A stretch of DNA of 64,000 nt from positions 7,998,001-8,062,000 of the forward strand of contig CM035351.1 in the NCBI GenBank assembly GCA_020137815.1. The letters run 5' to 3'. Source of the stretch: Hormiphora californensis. Lineage: Eukaryota; Animalia; Ctenophora. The notes beneath the pieces were generated by a model. It made no database searches and was not told where the DNA came from. It saw nothing but the letters and a program-made list of their open reading frames with translations. The position numbers and the translations under genes were made by a program. Of the stretch, positions 63,735 through 64,000 are shown in pieces. Every line of letters starts with the position of its first letter. The stretch's first letter is position 1.

Positions 63735-63975
63735 AGAGGCAGTGTATCGCTAGTTCAGAAACAGAGAGAGGGGTATCGCTAGTTCAGAAACAGAGAGAGA
63801 GGTATCGCTAGTTCAGAAACAGAGAAAGAGGTAACACTGGTTGGTCAGCTGAGAGAGAGGTAACACTGGTTGGTCAGCTGAGAGAGGTAACACTGGTTGG
63901 TGAGCTGAGAGAGAGGTAACACTGGTTCAGAAACAGAGAGAGAGAGGTAACACTGGTTGGTCAGCTGAGAGAGGT
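63735..63975. repeat. Compound ~25-29-bp tandem repeat (gtatcgctagttcagaaacagagagag / gtaacactggttggtcagctgagagag)
   Basis: Two related unit types with variable (GA)n. Confidence 0.88.
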
Positions 63976-64000
63976 GCATGGGTCACACAGGAAGGAACAC

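Overview
Intron-rich animal genomic DNA. Small introns, (CT/GA)n tracts, a TRT-type GPCR and the MITE repertoire suggest a ctenophore-like genome, but that is inference. Reading spliced exons by hand gives, on the minus strand: an NCoR/SMRT-like corepressor gene whose ~10.3 kb intron (2165-12481) holds two to three large intronless same-strand ORFs built from a repeated, unrecognised ~50-aa beta-rich domain; a TFIIIA-like gene; a tandem duplication carrying two divergent C2H2 zinc-finger arrays (the second disrupted by a TTAA-target foldback transposon) and a TFIIIA::HNH chimeric junction; an intronless membrane protein with an HNH-like Zn motif; and a 7TM GPCR. On the plus strand are a C-terminal-motor kinesin-14 (KCBP/kinesin-C-like) and a type I membrane protein with a 17-copy tandem array of its own splice acceptor. 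A convergent pair of CAP/SCP genes lies between them. The window ends with the 3' part of MON2 (minus), which carries a nested pair of non-autonomous DNA transposons in one intron. About ten TIR elements are visible, most with TSDs. 42041-44020 is unreadable homopolymer junk, and several +1 indels in otherwise intact genes look like sequencing errors.
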